Positions 52,795-63,363 of a stretch of DNA of 64,000 nt are shown here, piece by piece (positions within the stretch are counted from its first letter, which is position 1; every line of letters begins with the position of its first letter). The stretch spans positions 800,001 through 864,000 of the forward strand of contig CAWCNS010000005.1 of assembly GCA_963796965.1 (NCBI GenBank), read 5' to 3'. The notes below the pieces were generated by a model that was not told where the DNA came from, searched no databases, and was given only the letters and a program-made list of their open reading frames with translations. The DNA is from Calditrichia bacterium (GTDB lineage Bacteria > Calditrichota > Calditrichia > JAJRVZ01). The position numbers were made by a program, and so were the translations under genes.

Positions 52795-53739
52795 ATGGGA
52801 ATGAAGATAATGATCATTGGGGTAATGATGATAGGTCTACTTTTAAGTTGTGAAAAACCTGCCCCTGAGGCAAAAAAGGAAGAAAATAAATTGCCGACAC
52901 CCGATGAAATTAAAAAAATGAGAGAGGCTGTTCCGCGCAGAGCAACCGTTCAGCCTATCCAGCCAAGAAAACTTCTGGTATTTTCAATCTCGTGGGGTTA
53001 CAAACACAGTGCTATACCCTGGGGGGTAGAGGCCATCAAAATTATGGCCGAGAGATCCGAATTTGCCGAAGTAATTGTGAGCAATGATATTGCCATGTTT
53101 GAAGTAGAAAATCTGGAACAATTTGATGCTGTGGTTTTTAATAATACCAATAATGAAATATTTTTACCTGAAAATTATAAGGATCTTTCATCTAAAGAAC
53201 AAGAGGCAGCTTCAGAGGTAGATAGTAGACTTAGAGAAAATTTTGCAAATTTCTTAAAGTCTGGTAAGGGATTAGCTGTTATTCATGCCGGTTTAGCCAG
53301 TTTCAGGGATTGGCCGGAATTTGGAGAAATTATAGGCGGCCGGTTTGATAATCATCCCTGGAATTCTGGCACAACCATTAGCGTAAAGGTGGACGATCCG
53401 GATCATCCACTTAACAAAGCATTTTCAACCCCCTATTTTAAGGTTACCGATGAAATCTATCAGATAAAAGAGAACTATTCCCGTGACAACCTGCGCGTTT
53501 TACTGAGTATTGATACAGAACGCACAGATATGTCCAAAGAAACAATTCACCGCACAGATGGTGATTTTGCCTTAAGTTGGATTAAAAGTTATGGAAAGGG
53601 ACGTGTCTTTTATTTCGCTTTTGGTCATGACCATCACATATTCTGGGAGCCAGCACTCCTCCAGCATTTGCAGGATGGTTTACAGTTTGTTATTGGAGAT
53701 CTGAAAGGAGACATAACACCCTCATCAATGATCAAATAA
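52795..53739 (+). CDS. ThuA-like domain lipoprotein
   Basis: Lipobox 'LLSC'; 'GYKH.AIP', 'GLAVIHA', 'DEIYQ', 'YGKGRVFY..FGH'. Confidence 0.82.
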   Translation: MGMKIMIIGVMMIGLLLSCEKPAPEAKKEENKLPTPDEIKKMREAVPRRATVQPIQPRKLLVFSISWGYKHSAIPWGVEAIKIMAERSEFAEVIVSNDIAMFEVENLEQFDAVVFNNTNNEIFLPENYKDLSSKEQEAASEVDSRLRENFANFLKSGKGLAVIHAGLASFRDWPEFGEIIGGRFDNHPWNSGTTISVKVDDPDHPLNKAFSTPYFKVTDEIYQIKENYSRDNLRVLLSIDTERTDMSKETIHRTDGDFALSWIKSYGKGRVFYFAFGHDHHIFWEPALLQHLQDGLQFVIGDLKGDITPSSMIK

Positions 53740-54005
53740 CAATTATCAATGATCAATTATAAACGGACCCTTCCCTTTTGTAAGTTGAATGCACATCCAA
53801 AATATACTTGGACTGCGATGGGCACAGAGGTCACAAAGTTACTAATACATATTTAATTATATAACTTACCGGTTTTTTTAAGGGTATTTAGGTTTATACC
53901 AGCACATTATATAATTCACTGATTACTCTTTTTTCTTTTGTCTTCTTAATCGCCGCAGCGTTACGGCGCTGCAGGAGTCAACAAATTCATTTTAGGAGGA
54001 AAGTC

Positions 54006-55337
54006 ATGCCCCGTATATCCCGTCGAAATTTTATCAAAAAAACAGCCCTTACAGGGGCAGCATTAGCAGTACCCACAATCATTCCATCTACTGTATTCGG
54101 ACGGAATGGCCATATTCCACCAAGCGATCGTGTTACCATTGGCTTGATATCGTGCGGAAATCGCTCCGGCGCCTCTCTCGATTATAGGGACCTTCCTACT
54201 GCACAAGTGCTCGCTGTATGTGATCCGGTAAGAGAACGTCGTTTAAAAAGAAAAATGGAATTTGGAGATTGTGACGATTATAACGATTTTCGTGAACTGC
54301 TCGCTCGTGATGATATCGATGCTGTTCATGTATCCACAGCCGATCATTGGCATGTTCCAATTTCCCTGGCAGCGGCACGTGCCGGCAAAGATATGTATAC
54401 GGAGAAACCACTAGGCATCAGTATTGAAGAAGATCTCGCCGCCCGGCAGATCACAGACAAATATAAACGCGTATTTCAATACGGTACGCAAAACCGATCT
54501 CTTGTACAGGTACGTATGGGAACGGAACTGGTTCTGAACGGTCATATTGGTGACATAAAAGAGGTATATGTTTGGTGTCCTCAGGGTGAGTCAGGCGGTT
54601 CGGCTACACCTGTACTGCCGGTACCCGATGGATTTGATTATGATCTCTGGCTTGGCCCGGCACCGGAAAAGCCCTTTAGTAAAGATCGTTGTCAAAATCA
54701 GACCGGGCGTAATGGTATTTTTCATATTTATGATTATGCCATAGGTTTTATTGCTGGTTGGGGTGCACATCCTCTCGATCAATTACAATGGTGGGCAGAT
54801 CAGGCTGGAATGGGAATTCCAGTTACCTATGAAGGAACGGGAACCATTCCTACTACCGGATTATTTGATACTGTTACCCATTGGGATATGAAATGCACCT
54901 ATAAAAATGGTTTACCACTAAGATTTGTAGATAACCAGACAGCGCGAAAGAATAAAATAGTACCACATATCGATGAAATGCCCGGATTTCATCATGGCAC
55001 TATGTATGTTGGAACTGAGGGATGGGTTACGGTTACCCGATCAGGCTGGAAAGTATCTCCAGAGTCCTTGTATAAAAAAGGGAAAAATCCAGGTAATAAA
55101 CGTTTGATCGAAAGTATGAATCACCGCGAGAACTTTGTAAATGCTGTTTTAGGCAAACAAAAACCGATTAGTGATCTTAATGGTGCGATTTTATCAGATC
55201 TGATGAGTCAATTGTCTGACATATCTATCAGGACGGGAAGAAAAATTGCATGGGATCCTGAAAAGAATTCTATCATTGGTGATGATGAAGCAATCAAGAT
55301 GATGTCTCGGCCAATGCGCTCACCCTGGACACTATAG
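54006..55337 (+). CDS. Tat-exported Gfo/Idh/MocA oxidoreductase
   Basis: 'SRRNFIK' Tat motif; 'DHWH', 'EKP', 'WGAH.LD'. Confidence 0.88.
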   Translation: MPRISRRNFIKKTALTGAALAVPTIIPSTVFGRNGHIPPSDRVTIGLISCGNRSGASLDYRDLPTAQVLAVCDPVRERRLKRKMEFGDCDDYNDFRELLARDDIDAVHVSTADHWHVPISLAAARAGKDMYTEKPLGISIEEDLAARQITDKYKRVFQYGTQNRSLVQVRMGTELVLNGHIGDIKEVYVWCPQGESGGSATPVLPVPDGFDYDLWLGPAPEKPFSKDRCQNQTGRNGIFHIYDYAIGFIAGWGAHPLDQLQWWADQAGMGIPVTYEGTGTIPTTGLFDTVTHWDMKCTYKNGLPLRFVDNQTARKNKIVPHIDEMPGFHHGTMYVGTEGWVTVTRSGWKVSPESLYKKGKNPGNKRLIESMNHRENFVNAVLGKQKPISDLNGAILSDLMSQLSDISIRTGRKIAWDPEKNSIIGDDEAIKMMSRPMRSPWTL

Positions 55338-55452
55338 AATCATTGATATCTTGAAGGTTATTAGCACGCTTTGTTTCCAAATAATGTAAAGAATTATTTC
55401 TCTGCGTCTTTGCGTCTCTGCGTGATTATAGGCCTTTCATTAACCAGGCTCT

Positions 55453-56073
55453 ATGAAGAAATTTGCTAAACTTTCCGCAGAGACTTTTAATTACGCCTTG
55501 AACTGGCTGGCAAAAACGGACCCAGACCTTGGATTGGTTATTAAAACCAATGGTCCTCCTCCAATGTGGTCACGTGATCCCGGATTTGCCACTCTTATTC
55601 ATATCATTCTAGAGCAACAGGTTTCTTTAGCCTCGGCCAAAGCAGCCTTTGATCGACTTAGAAAGGCATTACCACAATTTACAGCAAAGAATTTCCTAAA
55701 AATTGATGATATCACACTAAAAGAAATTGGGTTTAGCCGACAAAAATCAAAATATGGTAGAAACGTTGCCCTTGCTATCCAAAATGGTAACTTAAAATTA
55801 AGTGAACTCTCCAAATATTCCGATGAAATAGTGAAAGAGGAACTCCAAAAAATTAGCGGAATTGGTCCCTGGACAGCAGATATTTACCTTCTTATGGCTT
55901 TAAACAGACCGGACATATGGCCTGTGGGTGATTTGGCATTGGTATCCGCTATACAAAAGGTCAAAAAACTAAATATTCGCCCTTCTTACGATGATTTTCA
56001 AAGGTTGGGTGAGCAATGGAAACCGTGGCGGGCAGTGGCGGCACGGGTTTTATGGCATCATTATTTATCTTGA
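55453..56073 (+). CDS. DNA-3-methyladenine glycosylase II (AlkA family)
   Basis: 'IILEQQVS', HhH 'ISGIGPWTA', 'P.GDL', 'W.PWR'. Confidence 0.88.
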   Translation: MKKFAKLSAETFNYALNWLAKTDPDLGLVIKTNGPPPMWSRDPGFATLIHIILEQQVSLASAKAAFDRLRKALPQFTAKNFLKIDDITLKEIGFSRQKSKYGRNVALAIQNGNLKLSELSKYSDEIVKEELQKISGIGPWTADIYLLMALNRPDIWPVGDLALVSAIQKVKKLNIRPSYDDFQRLGEQWKPWRAVAARVLWHHYLS

Positions 56074-56229
56074 ATTATTTTGAATTGATAGAATTAATTG
56101 AAATAATAGTCATACTTATTGCTAACACTGCGTTATAGAAGACCTAAGAAGAAAGAATATTTCTTTATGAAACAATCAATACTCAAGGGCTCTTCATTTG
56201 AATAGAATTATATAATAAAAGGAAATATT

Positions 56230-56994
56230 ATGAAAAAAAATAATTATATTATACAAACGATAAAGCATACATTTCTTATAATCTTATTAGCAATTATCAT
56301 GACCAGTTTCAATTATTGTAGTGAAAACTCGAAAATAAAAATCGTAGTTATTACAGGTGGTCACGATTTTGAGCGGGAATCCTTTTTTGATATGTTCAAT
56401 AGCTTTACTGACGTTGAATATGAGGAAGTTAAACATCCGGAGGCCAACAGGATTTATTCATCTTCTATGATGGAATCCGTGGACGTGTTGGTGTTTTATG
56501 ATATGGTACAGGAAATCTCAACACAACAAAAGAAGGACCTGATTTCTCTGTTGAATAAAGGTAAAGGTCTCCTCTTTCTGCATCATTCCCTGGCCTCCTA
56601 TCAGGAATGGGATGAATTTCAAGATATCCTGGGGGGGCGCTATTTTATGAAAAAAGAGGAAAGTGAGACATCCCAAGATCCGGAATCAACCTACAAACAT
56701 GATGTTCAGGTTCCAGTGAATATTGTCGATAAGAGCAATAGCATCACTAATGGTCTGGAAAATTTTGTCATTCAGGATGAAACCTATGACGGTTTTTTGG
56801 TTTTACCAAAAGTTCTCCCTCTTCTAACAACAACAGAAGAGACGAGTGGGGACATTATTGGATGGATAAATCACTATAAAAAATCAATGATTGTGTATTT
56901 ACAGCTCGGGCACGATCATTATGCTTATGAGAATCCGAACTATCGTCGGTTAGTTCAACAATCTATTCAATGGCTGGCCAATCCCAAAGAATAG
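56230..56994 (+). CDS. ThuA-like domain protein
   Basis: 'ITGGHDF', 'LVFYDM', 'GLLFLHH', 'DETY', 'QLGHD'. Confidence 0.8.
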   Translation: MKKNNYIIQTIKHTFLIILLAIIMTSFNYCSENSKIKIVVITGGHDFERESFFDMFNSFTDVEYEEVKHPEANRIYSSSMMESVDVLVFYDMVQEISTQQKKDLISLLNKGKGLLFLHHSLASYQEWDEFQDILGGRYFMKKEESETSQDPESTYKHDVQVPVNIVDKSNSITNGLENFVIQDETYDGFLVLPKVLPLLTTTEETSGDIIGWINHYKKSMIVYLQLGHDHYAYENPNYRRLVQQSIQWLANPKE

Positions 56995-57165
56995 CAAAAA
57001 GATCCAAAGCACTATTGCTCGAATTATTATAAACCCTGAAATATTGATTATCACCTGAATTATTGTTCATGGAGACAACTCAACTGTTTAGAGATGAAGA
57101 AAAAATCTGCAGAAGGGCCTTAAATTAACCATAGTACGAAAACTTAGTCTTTCAGTGAAACCAAA

Positions 57166-57699
57166 ATGGAATTAAAAACAAAAAATTTAATTTTACACCC
57201 GCTCTCTGAAAAAGATGCCGCCTCGCTTTTTGCTTACCGCTCAGATCCCTCTGTTTACAGATTTCACAACTGGAAACCCATGTCAGTAGAAGATGCTGTT
57301 AAATTTATAGAGAATTCCAGTTTTACCGAATCAATGCGAAGGGGCCGTTGGAATCAATTAGGCATTTATCAGAAAGAATCCGGTCAAATGACCGGGGATA
57401 TAGGTATCCATCCGTTTGAGGAGAAGCAAACGGAGATTGGATTTACCATTTCTCCTCAATTCCAACAAAAGGGATTTGGCGTCGAAGCTGTTGAGCGTAT
57501 TCTAAAATACCTTTTTAAGGACAACCACTTCTATCGCATCATCGCCAGAACACACCCTCAAAATATTGGATCAATTAATCTCTTAAAGAGACTAGGATTC
57601 AGACAGGAAGGTCATTTTTCAAAAAGCACTTTTATTGATGGCGTTTGGCAGGATGATCTGTTCTTTGCCATATTAAACCATGAATATGAGAAAAAATAG
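57166..57699 (+). CDS. RimJ/RimL-like GNAT acetyltransferase
   Basis: 'YRSDP.V', 'GDIG', 'EIGFTI', 'LGFRQEG'. Confidence 0.85.
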   Translation: MELKTKNLILHPLSEKDAASLFAYRSDPSVYRFHNWKPMSVEDAVKFIENSSFTESMRRGRWNQLGIYQKESGQMTGDIGIHPFEEKQTEIGFTISPQFQQKGFGVEAVERILKYLFKDNHFYRIIARTHPQNIGSINLLKRLGFRQEGHFSKSTFIDGVWQDDLFFAILNHEYEKK

Positions 57700-57760
57700 G
57701 GATCCTCTATTGACCCAGTTTATGACTTTTAAGTTTGAAGTTTGAGACCAGGCCTGAAAG

Positions 57761-59195
57761 ATGAATATAGCCCCAAAAAGTGTTTATTGTTTTCTGATCA
57801 TTAATGCTCTCATATTTCTGGGATGCACTGAGCAGCGAAAACCTAATTTTATATTTATTCTCGTTGATGATCTGGGATGGAAAGACCTCGGTTGTTATGG
57901 TAGTGCGTTTTATGAATCCCCGAATATTGATCGGTTGGCTAACCAGGGAATGAGATTTACAAATGCCTATGCAGCCTCACCCGTTTGTAGCCCCACACGT
58001 GCAAGTATCCAGACAGGAAAACATCCGGTGCGCACCGGCATCACAGATTGGATTCCAGGAAGAAATCCAAAAGATACAAAACTTCTTCAACCTGAGGATG
58101 TTCACCAGTTACCTTTGGAAGAAATAACAATCGCCGAAGTCATGCGCACTAACGGGTATCGTACATTTTTTGCTGGAAAGTGGCATCTTGGCAACACAGG
58201 TTATTTACCAGAGGATCAGGGATTTGAGATTAATAAAGGCGGGCATCACAAGGGGTCTCCTCCCGGTGGTTATTATGCCCCGTACAATAATCCCCGGCTA
58301 ACAGACGGTCCTGAGGGCGAATATTTACCAGATAGATTAACAAATGAATCGATCCAGTTTTTAAAACAATCACACCAGGTACCGTTTTTCCTTTTTTTAT
58401 CCTTTTATAGCGTTCACACACCCATCCAGGCAAGTAAACGCCATGTACACTCATTTCAAAAAAAAGGCCGAAAGTCTTGTTTCAAATTCAGAACAACCAT
58501 TATTTTTAAAGGAGCGTAGTGGTTGGACAAAACAGCGACAGGATGATCCTGCTTATGCCTCAATGGTTTATGCCTTAGATGAAAATGTGGGGAGGCTTAT
58601 TAATGCTGTCGAAGAACTTGATCTTGATAAAAATACAATTATTATATTTATGTCAGACAATGGTGGATTATCCACACTTGGGCGGGAATGGGCCCCGACT
58701 TCCAACCTCCCTCTTCGCGCCGGTAAAGGTTGGTGCTATGAAGGTGGTATCCGCGAGCCAATGATCATCAAAGCTCCTGGCATTGCACAGGCTGGTAGCA
58801 TCTCTAATGAACCTGTTATAAGTCATGATTTTTACCCAACAATCTTACAATTGGCCGGACTACCCTCTAATCCAAAACAACATGTCGATGGGCTAAGTCT
58901 TGTTCCATTATTACAGGGGAACGACCATCTCGAAAGAGATGCCCTCTTTTGGCATTATCCTCATTATCATGGGAGCAAATGGACACCCGGATCAGCAGTC
59001 AGAAGTTCAGAGTGGAAATTAATTGAATTCTTTGAAGAAAATAAGATTGAACTTTATAATTTGAATGAGGATATTGGGGAATCAAATGATTTAGCCCTGG
59101 AATATCCAGCAAAAGCAAAAGAATTAAAAAAGATTCTGGATGATTGGCGAACTGAACTTGGTGCAAAAATACCAATTCCAAATCCAGAACTTTAA
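57761..59195 (+). CDS. Sulfatase (S1, Cys-type) lipoprotein; frame break at about 58458-58475
   Basis: '[12 protein letters not shown]', 'CSPTRAS', 'GKWHLG', then 'SDNGG', 'YEGGIR.P' in the next frame. Confidence 0.88.
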
Positions 59196-59277
59196 TTAAA
59201 AATTAGGTCAGCAACTTATACAATTATTTTTTTATTATTAATCCTGTAATAGTTAATAAATAAATTATTATTTAAGT

Positions 59278-60190
59278 ATGAAATATACCCGACGAAATTT
59301 TTTATTCGCCCTTCCCTCACTGATGGTCATCGCACCTTCAGCGTTGCATGCTAATTCCATTCCTTTGGATGGAATAGATATTTCTAATAAGGTGAGCGGA
59401 GCAAAAATCAAAATCAGTCTCAATGCATATTCCTTTAACAAACAATTACGTTCGGGATATATAAATCTTGATGAATTACTTGAATATTGTGCTGAATTAA
59501 ATTTTGATGCAGTAGACATTACAGGCTTATTACTTTCCCGGTTATCCCCTCCCACCTTCCGATGAATATCTTTATCACATAAAACGAAAAGCCTTCTTGT
59601 TAGGACTAGATATCAGCGGTACGGGAATAAAAAATGACTTTACTGAACCTGATATCGCGAAGAGGAAGAAAGACATCCTTCTTACAAGACAATGGATTGA
59701 TTCTGCGGCAAAACTTGGTGCACCGGTAATCCGGATCTTCGCCGGGAAACAAACTCCTGATAAATATACATGGGATGAGATTGCGAATTGGATGATTGAT
59801 GATTTCAAAGAATGTGCCGCCTACGGAAAAGAAAAGGGTGTCATGGTTGCTATTCAAAATCATAATGACTTCATTAAAACAGCAGAGCAAACACTGACGA
59901 TTTTAGAGAGGGTGGATTCGGAGTGGTTTGGATTGGTTCTTGATATCGGAAGTCTTAGAACCTCCGATCCCTATGAGGAAATCGCCCGCCTCGCGCCCTA
60001 TGCTGTGAACTGGCAATTAAAAGAATTTGTTTATCGAAATGGTAAGCAGGAAAAAACCGATGTTAAAAAAATTGTCCAAATTTTAAAGGACACCGGTTAT
60101 CGTGGATATATTCCGTTGGAAACACTTGGTCCAGGTGAGCCAAAAGAAAAGGTTCGACATTTTTTAGATGAAGTCAGAAATGCTCTCTAA
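59278..60190 (+). CDS. Tat-exported sugar phosphate isomerase/epimerase (xylose isomerase-like TIM barrel); frame break near 59524
   Basis: 'TRRNFL', 'SLNAYSF', 'IRIFAG', 'QNH', 'LDIG', 'GY.GY..LE'. Confidence 0.82.
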
Positions 60191-60273
60191 TACAAAAATT
60201 GTCAATTCCCAATTGATAATTGACAATTAATAAATGGAAAATTAATCAATACTATTTCAAGAGGAGATAAAAC

Positions 60274-61171
60274 ATGCTTCTTAATCAAAAAAATTATTCC
60301 CGACGTGACTTTCTTGTCCGCGGATCACAAGCAGCTGCCGGAATAATGTTACTTAATCAGTTTTCTTCCTGTTCAAAGCCAGGATCGCAAATGCGGCTTG
60401 GTCTTGTAACTTACCTATGGGGCCAAGATTGGGATTTGGAAACATTGATAACAAATTGTGAAACTGCAAAATTACTGGGCGTCGAATTGCGCACAACACA
60501 TGGTCACGGCGTCGAGCGGGAATTAAATGCACAACAGCGGAAAGATATAAAGAAACGATTTGCGGATAGTCCTGTAGAAAATGTGGGTATTGGTTCCAAT
60601 GAAAATTATGACAGTCCTGATCCGGATAAACTTAAAATGTCTATTGAAGCCACTAAAGAGTTTATTAAACTAAGTCATGATGTTGGTGGAAGTGGTGTTA
60701 AGGTCAAACCAAATAGCTTTTCATGATGGCGTTGACCATAACGTTACGATTGAGCAAATCGGGAAATCACTAAATATCGTCGGTCAATATGCGGCAGAAT
60801 TTAATCAACAAATCAGGTTGGAAGTTCATGGCCAATGTTCAAAACTTCCTATTATGAAATCGATTATGGATATCGCCAATCATCCAAATGTAGCGGTGTG
60901 CTGGAATTCTAATGATGTGGATCTCGATGGAGAAGGCCTGGAGTATAATTTTAATTTGGTAAAAGAACGATTTGGCGATACCGCTCATATACGTGAGCTG
61001 AATATAGGGGATTATCCTTACCAGGATTTAATGAATTTATTTGTAAAAATGGATTATAGGGGCTGGGTATTACTCGAGGCCCGCACCGCCCCTGTCGACC
61101 GGGTAGTAGCAATGAAAGAACAACTGGAAATATTTAACACAATGATTAAAAAAGGACAAAGCAATATTTAA
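60274..61171 (+). CDS. Tat-exported sugar phosphate isomerase/epimerase family protein; frame break near 60719
   Basis: 'SRRDFL', 'GVELRT.H.HGVE', 'LEVHG', 'CWNSN', 'GWVLLE'. Confidence 0.8.
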
Positions 61172-61276
61172 TTGCAGGAATCTGAAGAGACGGTTCGGTG
61201 AAACATCTCTATTTTAATCAAATTACTCACTATTACGATACATGAATATTTGGTATATATTTACAGGGGATTGTGG

Positions 61277-61774
61277 ATGAAAGAAATTGACCCAGTAGAA
61301 ATAATGACACAGCCGATTGATCTGTGGATGAATCAGTGGTTTCTACTGACATCAGGAACACTTGATAACTATAATATGATGACAGTATCATGGGGAAGTA
61401 TCGGTTGTCTTTGGAACAAACCAATCGTCCAGATATTTGTTCGCCCTCAAAGATATACCTATGGATTTATCGAAGAGAATGAATCATTCACGCTCTGCTC
61501 CTTTCCCGATCATTACCGAAAGGCCCTTAACATTCTTGGTTCAATTTCAGGCAGGGATGGGGATAAATTGTCAAAAACAAACTTGACCATCAAACCATCG
61601 ACTAAAATTTCTGCACCCTCCTATGAGGAAGCATCATTAATCCTCGAATGTCGAAAGATTTATAGGCAGAAAATGGATCCAGTGGGTTTTCTGGATGATT
61701 CCATAAAGGATCACTATCCTGTAAATGATTATCATGTAATATATTTTGGTGAAATCCTTGCCGCTTTTCATTAG
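61277..61774 (+). CDS. Flavin reductase-like FMN-binding protein
   Basis: 'N.MTVSWG', 'VRPQRYT', 'SGRDGDK', 'YH.IYFGEI'. Confidence 0.82.
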   Translation: MKEIDPVEIMTQPIDLWMNQWFLLTSGTLDNYNMMTVSWGSIGCLWNKPIVQIFVRPQRYTYGFIEENESFTLCSFPDHYRKALNILGSISGRDGDKLSKTNLTIKPSTKISAPSYEEASLILECRKIYRQKMDPVGFLDDSIKDHYPVNDYHVIYFGEILAAFH

Positions 61775-62003
61775 GATTAAATTGTTTATTAGCAGCAGAA
61801 TAATCTTAACCCGTGGTTTTGTGATCTCAAAAATTGGATCCGTCATATATTTTTAATAATATAGTGTTATCTATTGATGACATTTTGGTAGCAATGCGAT
61901 TAATCGTGTCGTTACACTAATACCATAGATAATACAGGCTCTCACTAACGGCCAAAGCACGATATAAATCTCTATTTATTCTGTAATAGTTAGGATAAAG
62001 AAA

Positions 62004-63347
62004 ATGAAAACAATAAAAAAGAGTACAACAACCACAACACGCCGTAATTTCATTAGAAATAGTGCGTTAGCAGCATCTTCAGCTCTTATTGCACCCTCAC
62101 TCTGGTCATCAAGATTAGGTGCCAATACCAATGCTATGGATAAGATTAATGTTGGATGTATCGGCGTAGGTCGGATGGGAAGAGGCGATTTAATGGACAT
62201 TCTCCCTTTCGAAGAGATACAAGTTGTTGCTGTGTGTGATATTGACTCCTGGCGGCTCAACAATGCAAAAAAACACGTAGAGAAACATTATGCTACACAT
62301 ATGAAAAGTGGTCAGTATTCCGGTTGTGCAACCTATACTGATTATCGTGATCTCCTTGCACGAAATGATATCGATGCCGTGCTTGTTGTAACCCCGGATC
62401 ACTGGCATGCCCTTCCTTCTATTGATGCTGCTAAGGCTGGTAAAGATATATTTCTACAAAAACCGCTAACGTTAACAATCCCCGAGGGTCGACTTTTGAG
62501 TGATACTGTTCGAGAATACGGTCGAATACTACAGGTGGGGAGTCAACAACGTTCTGACTCAAGATTCCAATTCGCTGTTGAATTGGTGCGAAATGGCTAC
62601 ATTGGAAAACTGGAGACCGTAAAAGTAGCTTTTGGAAAAGATCCCTTTACTGGAATTCGCCCTGTCACGCCTGTCCCTGAAGAACTTGACTATGAAACCT
62701 GGTTGGGCCCAGCCCCATATGTACCTTATATCGAAGAAAGGGTTCATCCTCAGAAAAGTTATGGAAGGCCAGGATGGTTACGTACATCAGATTATTGTTG
62801 TGGGATGATTACAGGCTGGGGCTCCCATCATATGGATATCGCCCACTGGGGTATGGATACAGAATTATCCGGACCTGCCGAATTAGACAGTTGGGCTGAA
62901 TACTCAAAACAAGGTATTTGGGATGTTCATGGTGCTTTCCGTATAAAATATAAGTATGCAAATAATGTCACACTCTATTGTACGGATAGTTCACAAAATA
63001 AGCAGGGTGTTTTATTTAAAGGTACTGATGGATGGGTATATGTCCGCCGGGGTCATATCGAAACCTTTCCAAAATCATTAATGAGTGTGGAAATTGGACC
63101 CAATGAAATAAAAATAGCTGATACCGGTCATCATAAAGGTAATTTTATTAAATGCATCCGTTCCAGGGAAACACCTGTTGCACCGGTAGAAATTGGTCAC
63201 CGTTCAGCCAGCGCCTGTATACTGGGATATATTGGTATGCTTTTGCAGCGTCCCCTTTTCTGGGACCCTGAAAGAGAGCAATTTATCAATGATGAGGCTG
63301 CTAATAGAATGTTAGACAGGGCTTATCGTTCACCTTGGTATTTATAA
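62004..63347 (+). CDS. Tat-exported Gfo/Idh/MocA oxidoreductase
   Basis: 'TRRNFIR', 'IGVGRMG', 'TPDHWH', 'QKP', 'WGSHHMD'. Confidence 0.88.
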   Translation: MKTIKKSTTTTTRRNFIRNSALAASSALIAPSLWSSRLGANTNAMDKINVGCIGVGRMGRGDLMDILPFEEIQVVAVCDIDSWRLNNAKKHVEKHYATHMKSGQYSGCATYTDYRDLLARNDIDAVLVVTPDHWHALPSIDAAKAGKDIFLQKPLTLTIPEGRLLSDTVREYGRILQVGSQQRSDSRFQFAVELVRNGYIGKLETVKVAFGKDPFTGIRPVTPVPEELDYETWLGPAPYVPYIEERVHPQKSYGRPGWLRTSDYCCGMITGWGSHHMDIAHWGMDTELSGPAELDSWAEYSKQGIWDVHGAFRIKYKYANNVTLYCTDSSQNKQGVLFKGTDGWVYVRRGHIETFPKSLMSVEIGPNEIKIADTGHHKGNFIKCIRSRETPVAPVEIGHRSASACILGYIGMLLQRPLFWDPEREQFINDEAANRMLDRAYRSPWYL

Positions 63348-63363
63348 AAAGGAGGGGAGAGAG

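Noticed and set aside
2081..55426. CRISPR array
   Set aside because: The repeats are short, degenerate and dispersed, with no constant repeat-spacer periodicity and no cas genes.
11637..60726. Mass pseudogenisation or programmed frameshifting
   Set aside because: The broken genes are otherwise undecayed, the breaks share an AGCT/CTAG context, and no consistent slippery-site or stimulator pattern is seen. Sequencing error is more parsimonious.
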